From NCBI RefSeq assembly GCF_963506605.1, contig NC_083281.1, positions 26,784,001-26,848,000 of the forward strand: DNA of 64,000 nucleotides. The letters are read 5' to 3'. Both the position numbers and the translations under genes were made by a program. Below the pieces are notes generated by a model. That model worked only from the letters and a program-made list of their open reading frames with translations. It did no database searches and had not been told where the DNA came from. This DNA comes from Zootoca vivipara. Lineage: Eukaryota. Positions 62,224-64,000 of this stretch are shown here, in pieces; positions within the stretch are counted from its first letter, which is position 1; every line of letters starts with the position of its first letter.

Positions 62224-63083
62224 GTAAGTGAGCCCCTCCCTCTTTTTCTTTGGGCTGGGGGAGATGTAGTGCTATAATAACAGAGGGTCCAAGAGGCCCC
62301 ATGGCCTTTTAGCAGAGGCCTGTAGAAGGCTACAGGGTGGCTTGTGGTGTAGCCGATATTCAGGGGGGCAGGTGAGCCTAAGGCTTCTGGATTTCAAGGT
62401 TTGGGGGCCATTTCCCCACCCCAATAATTCAAGCCACTGTGTTGTCTACAGGGACAGGGAGAAATGGCAGAGCACAAAGTGGGTGGTTGTTTCAAAGAGA
62501 ACAGTATAAGGGGATCGCTAAGGTGCTGCTTTTGCTCAGTCGAGGCAAAACTCGGGCAGGGTGAGGTTCAAAGACGGGACTGAGTCATGTCTGTGTGCAG
62601 GAGGGTTCCAGCTGGCTGGAGGGGCTCAAGCTAAGATCTGCAACTCTGAATCTCCTACGCTTCAGCAGGAAATAAAATGAGCCTCACCACCTAAAGAGGA
62701 CTTGACTCCTGTTCCCTGGCAGGCACAGGATGACTCTCAGGCAGCCAACATCCAGAGAGGTAGATGGGTTAGCCTGTTGCAGCAAAACAGGAAAGAGTTT
62801 CTGATGACTACTTCAAAGTTGCATGGATTCTTTGGGACATTTGTTTTCACAAACTAGGCGTTGTCTAAGCTTCTGGGCAGCTTTCTGAGTTAGGGGTGGG
62901 TGGCACTGTTTTGTGGTGGTCCAGGTCCTACTTGGATGGTCATTTCTAGAGGGTGATGCTTAGGGAGTGCTCTTCGACCCCCTGGACCCTTCAGTGTGGG
63001 GTTCCTCAGGGTTTGATTTTATCCCCTCTGCTGTTTAACAGTGGCATAAAACCACTGAGTGGGGTTATCTGGAGTTTTGGAGT

Positions 63084-64000
63084 ACAGTGGTACCTTGGTT
63101 GTCGAACTTAATCCATTCCGGAAGTCCACTGGACTCCCAGAACTGTTCAAAAACCAAGGTGCGGCTTCCTGCACTCAATACCGTGTTTCTCATATTTTAA
63201 GGCATCCCCAAAAAATAAGCCATGACAGGATTTCTAAGGGTTGGTGAAAAATAAGACATACCCCGAAAATAAGCCATGTCGTGTAGCCCCGACCGAGCGA
63301 GAGGCGAAGGCGCGGGACCCAGCAGGAGCTCCCTGCCTGCTTCCCCGAGCCGTCGCGCATCGGGGGACAGAGCCGAAGATCGGCGGGCGCTCCTTGCTGG
63401 GCTTGACAAGCCCGGCAAACAGCGCCCGCCGATCTTCGGACCTGTCCTGTGTGACAGGCGGGGGTGGGGGGGGAAGCGGAGATCGTTCTCCGCTCTCCCC
63501 CCACCCCCGCCTGTCACCGAAGATCGGCGGGCGCTGTTTGCTGGGCTTGACAAGCCCGGCAAACAGCGCCCGCCGATCTTCGGCCCTGTGCTGTGTGACA
63601 GGCGGGGGTGGGGGGGAAGCGGAGATCGTTCTCCGCTCTCCCCCCACCCCCGCCTGTCACCGAAGATCGGCGGGCGCTCCTTGCTGGGCTTGACAAGCCC
63701 GGCAAACAGCGCCCGCCGATCTTCGGACCTGTCCTGTGTGACAGGCGGGGGTGGGGGGGAAGCGGAGATCGTTCTCCGCTCTCCCCCCACCCCCGCCTGT
63801 CACCAAAGATCGGCGGGCGCTGTTTGCTGGGCTTGACAAGCCCGGCAAACAGCGCCCTCCGACCTGTGCTGTGTGACAGGCGGGGGTGGGGGAGAAGCGG
63901 AGATCGTTCTCCGCTCTCCCCCCATCCCCGCCTGTCACCGAAGATCGGCGAGCGCTCCTAGCTGGGCTTGACAAGCCCGGCAAACAGCGCCCGCCGACCT
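63084..64000. mobile_element. Tigger-like MITE end with a nested TA-flanked element containing a GC-rich tandem array
   Basis: TA-CAGTGGTACCTTGGTT at 63082; TA-CCGTGTTTCTC at 63179; array from 63373. Confidence 0.6.
63373..64000. repeat. Tandem array of about 143 bp; each unit contains two palindromes
   Basis: Unit starts 63373, 63517, 63660, 63803, 63938. Confidence 0.95.

Noticed and set aside
63190-63983. Many 100-200 aa ORFs on both strands
   Set aside because: Artefacts of a GC-rich palindromic tandem repeat that lacks stops

Overview
Repeat-rich vertebrate DNA, most likely a squamate (probably lacertid lizard), judged from Sauria SINEs, BovB, CR1, L2, L1/Tx1, Penelope and many MITEs. 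There are two assembly gaps (13326-13486, 13713-13845). Two gene systems can be rebuilt by hand from splice sites and reading phase. (1) Minus strand, about 18.6 to 5.8 kb: a complete 'mini-NCAM' of about 387 aa (signal peptide, Ig1, Ig2, a cysteine-less Ig5-like domain, NCAM-type TM, short tail). It lacks Ig3, Ig4 and both FN3 domains, has two phase-compatible leader exons, and has an inverted, frameshifted copy of one exon upstream of the promoter. (2) Plus strand, 42.5 to 62.2 kb: a tandem array of at least three CD225/dispanin (IFITM/PRRT1/SYNDIG superfamily) paralogues. Two are complete two-exon genes and the third runs off the window. They share a CCC-containing core but have divergent proline-rich N-termini and trafficking motifs. 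Other observations are a CpG island with an antisense splice pair between paralogues, a double-hairpin 143-bp tandem array, a possible disabled spliced unit at 0.7-3.1 kb, and several TE insertions with readable TSDs. Homology calls come from recalled family sequences, not from searches.
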